Origin: Albugo candida
Lineage: Eukaryota
DNA: 39,695 nt
Direction of reading: 5' to 3'
Assembly: GCA_040437565.1 (NCBI GenBank)
Contig: JBDOQK010000027.1
Span: 372,001-411,695 of the forward strand
Shown here: one piece after another, positions 36,990 through 39,695 of the stretch
How positions within the stretch are numbered: the stretch's first letter is position 1
Layout of the letters: the number at the start of each line of letters is the position of its first letter
Position numbers and translations under genes: made by a program
Notes under the pieces: model-generated
Told to the model about the DNA's origin: nothing
The model's database searches: none
Seen by the model: the letters and a program-made list of their open reading frames with translations, nothing else

Positions 36990-38444
36990 CATAACATGTG
37001 CTACTTCTTACTTATTTCAAAACTCGCCAGGTACGCGTTGATCAAGTGCCACGAATTATAATGAAACTCTTTCATGTAAAATTTCTCGAATCTATCATAT
37101 GGCTCCTTCGAAAGTGTTGGAAGATGCCATGTAACGACCGTGGACTACTGGTTGCGCAGACGATGATTTTATCACGCTTATGGCATTACACGATGCATGT
37201 TGATACCAGCAGAGACTATTCGATAGTAGAAGTCGATCTCAAATCGATTTTTGCTTGGTGGGAAACACAAAAAAGATTTAAAACATGTTCACCTACTCAG
37301 CAAAGACTTTTTATATCTTCGCCGACAAGATGGTGGACTACAAATTCCTTTTTTGGTGGGATGACTAAAGCTACAGCGTATTCAATTACTTCACCAGTTC
37401 GCATCCGATGCGTCAACAATCATTCCTGCGAGTTGGACAACTGCTTCGACGGAATTGTTACAACTTCTTCAACCTTCCTATGGCCCACACAAGCCGATGG
37501 ATATACTCACTATCGTACCACATCGACATGGGAAAATGGTTCACTGGGATAGCACATCTTCATGGTGGAAACACGCATTTAAAATGTGGCATCAGATGGA
37601 TTGCAGCATTACAATTTCAGATTTGAATGTTTCACAACGCGGGCGGTCAGTACTACATGGAACAACCGATGTGGGTTCACTGCGCCCAAGGATTCCAATA
37701 TGAAATTGCTACTCGTAATCCGAGCACGCAAAACGTTTGGTACAATCTTGCCATGGTGGATGAACCACATCGAATATTTCGAAANNNNNNNNNNNNNNNN
37801 NNNNNNNNNNNNNNNNNNNNNNNNNNNNNNNNNNNNNNNNNNNNNNNNNNNNNNNNNNNNNNNNNNNNNNNNNNNNNNNNNNNNTTTTTCTCCTCTCGAC
37901 CCCGTTAAACGCATATTGCATGTGCAATCGTACCAGCACTACGGTCGGATCGGAAAGACTATTTCGACATTATCTCAGATTTATGGCTTGCATTGCAAGC
38001 GGTGATACTGCACTTCGTCTGGACAGATCGGAATCGTCGTTTGTTCGATCAGCGATCGACAACTTCGACAGTTCCAGCACTTTCCGTCATTTATATCACG
38101 TTTAATGCGCACGTTCGGTGCTTTCGATGACAGTGTTACGACCAAGAGGAACGCATTCGGCTTGCTAAAGTTTTGGAACAACTCGCAACGCTAGGATCAT
38201 TCGGTGGATTTTTCAAAAGTCGAAGATCATTGCTGCGGGTCCGGCATAGGCGAGTGGAAAGGCAAGTGCAACTCGGATTCTAGTCCAAGTCGGCTGATTA
38301 TGCTCACCGCAGTGTGGTGCAGACCAAGTCGCACAACACGGTACTTTTGGACCCTTTTACAACACACGGTAGTTTGGACCATTTTTTCACAATCTTTCAC
38401 AGCTTTCAACATTTATTCGTTACGCGATGGATGCACTCTCGTAC
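36990..38444 (+). mobile_element. Decayed non-LTR retrotransposon (L1-clade-like) ORF2 fragment, post-RT region
   Basis: RGLLVAQTMILSRLWHYTMH, then in a shifted frame VHLLSKDFLYLRRQDGGLQIP..LKLQRIQLLHQF, then SSWWKHAFKMWHQM and EQPMW. This is the GR..L.....LS.LW / GGLxIP..L / WW...W motif series that follows the RT thumb in L1-type elements. Fragmented by frameshifts and stops. Confidence 0.72.
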
Positions 38445-38814
38445 TGTAGTAATGAACGCTACCGCACTGCAGGACTAGCAACGAGGGACATAATATCATC
38501 TCTCACAGGTATTTCACGAAACGTTTTTTATATGTATATATGTTATTTAAGATAGCCTAGGCGACTAGAGAAGTCAGTTAGTCTAATTCTAGTAATATAG
38601 ACACCTTCAACTGAAGCAGCAGATAGTTAGAATCGTACTTAACCTTAAATTATTATTAGATGACAATTAAAATATGCTGACGACATTACTCAACGAGAGC
38701 CTTCTCCTCCTTTGATACAGTACAACATCTCTTACGCTGTCATCGCTTACTTATCATCGTTCTAATACTGGATACCTGGATATTGATTGGGGAATGTGAC
38801 CCCTCTTCGCCACA
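38445..38814. mobile_element. Probable solo LTR (~370 bp)
   Basis: Begins TGTAG and ends CCACA (TG...CA, imperfect terminal inverted repeat TGTAGTAATG / TGTGGCGAAG). AT-rich interior with no ORF. Its left end coincides with the end of LINE-like sequence. No clean target-site duplication. Confidence 0.4.
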
Positions 38815-39695
38815 TATAAAAATAGATTTAAAAAAATCCGGAAAAGAGTGCAAATTGTAAATCATTCAAACCTTATGTGTATATACGTAATATTCACTCA
38901 CTGTCCAACGGTAACTCTCACTCTCAAAAAAAGACAAAAGAACGGAGCCGATTCCCAGTACTTTCGCACGGAAAGCCATACTGTGTGCGATTCAAATGGA
39001 TACCAACTACGTGCGTACTACATCATATAAAATAACAGAGCTACCAATATTTCATATCCTACCTTTCTTGACAAAAGAAAACTCCTATGCGATGAATTCT
39101 GATCTGAAAAGAGCACGTTAGCATGACCACTTGATTAATGTATGTAACAGTAAAAGTCGGACAAAATGGCTTCATATTTCGTAATGACGCAACAATTTGT
39201 AACTTGGTTGTACAGTGGAAGACACTTATGACCAGCACGTTTAATCGGTAGACAGGAATTCTTTAAAAAAGATTTAAGGTAGAAAAAAGAATTCCATTGT
39301 ATTAAAGAACATACGCTACGCTTTAAGATAATGGAAGCCAAATCTTCGAATCTTTATTGTTGTTGGACTAGTAGGGCCTTGAAATTCGGGCAATTTCGGC
39401 AATTTTCTCAATGGGAAGAGCGATATTTGGCCGCCCCAAAATCAATAACCTGTATAACTTAAATACTATTGGGCCCGAACTTTTTTATCAAGTATGTATG
39501 ACAAGTTATCAATTATGAAACAATCTCCGAAAGTATGGTCACGTTTATGTAGTATTAAGCCGTGAGGCAGTTCATGTCCATCAGGATAGAATTTGGTACG
39601 CGTGGGTGAGAACGGTACTTTTTGACGGCATATTCCGCAGCCTTACCACTTAACCCTTTGCGGAAAACATCCATATACCGCTGAGGTTTTTGATA

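Overview
Eukaryotic genomic DNA, most likely an oomycete. Albugo-like is my inference from compact genes, 55-80 bp GT-AG introns, retention of the flagellar IFT-A gene WDR35, and oomycete-style secreted proteins. The window has two compartments. (1) 1-23.4 kb is gene-dense, with ten housekeeping or conserved genes separated by only 63-440 bp: KIAA1324/ELAPOR-like receptor (runs off the left edge), FAN/NSMAF-like BEACH-WD40, LSm6, DDX42-like DEAD-box helicase, SAPS/PPP6R subunit, AIMP3/EEF1E1-like GST-C protein, a kelch protein, WDR35/IFT121, an unknown 2-TM protein with a cold-shock/OB-like module, and MPP10. (2) 23.4-39.7 kb is gene-sparse and decayed. It holds an intron-containing IS630/Tc1/mariner-type transposase relic, an L1-like LINE relic, a probable solo LTR and unidentified ORF debris. 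It also holds one intact secreted Cys-rich gene (degenerate PAN + CBM1/knottin-like knot + PAN, CBEL-like) with a decayed paralog about 2-3 kb upstream. Seven of the eight 100-N gaps are flanked by direct duplications. These are scaffolding artefacts, and collapsing them restores continuous reading frames.
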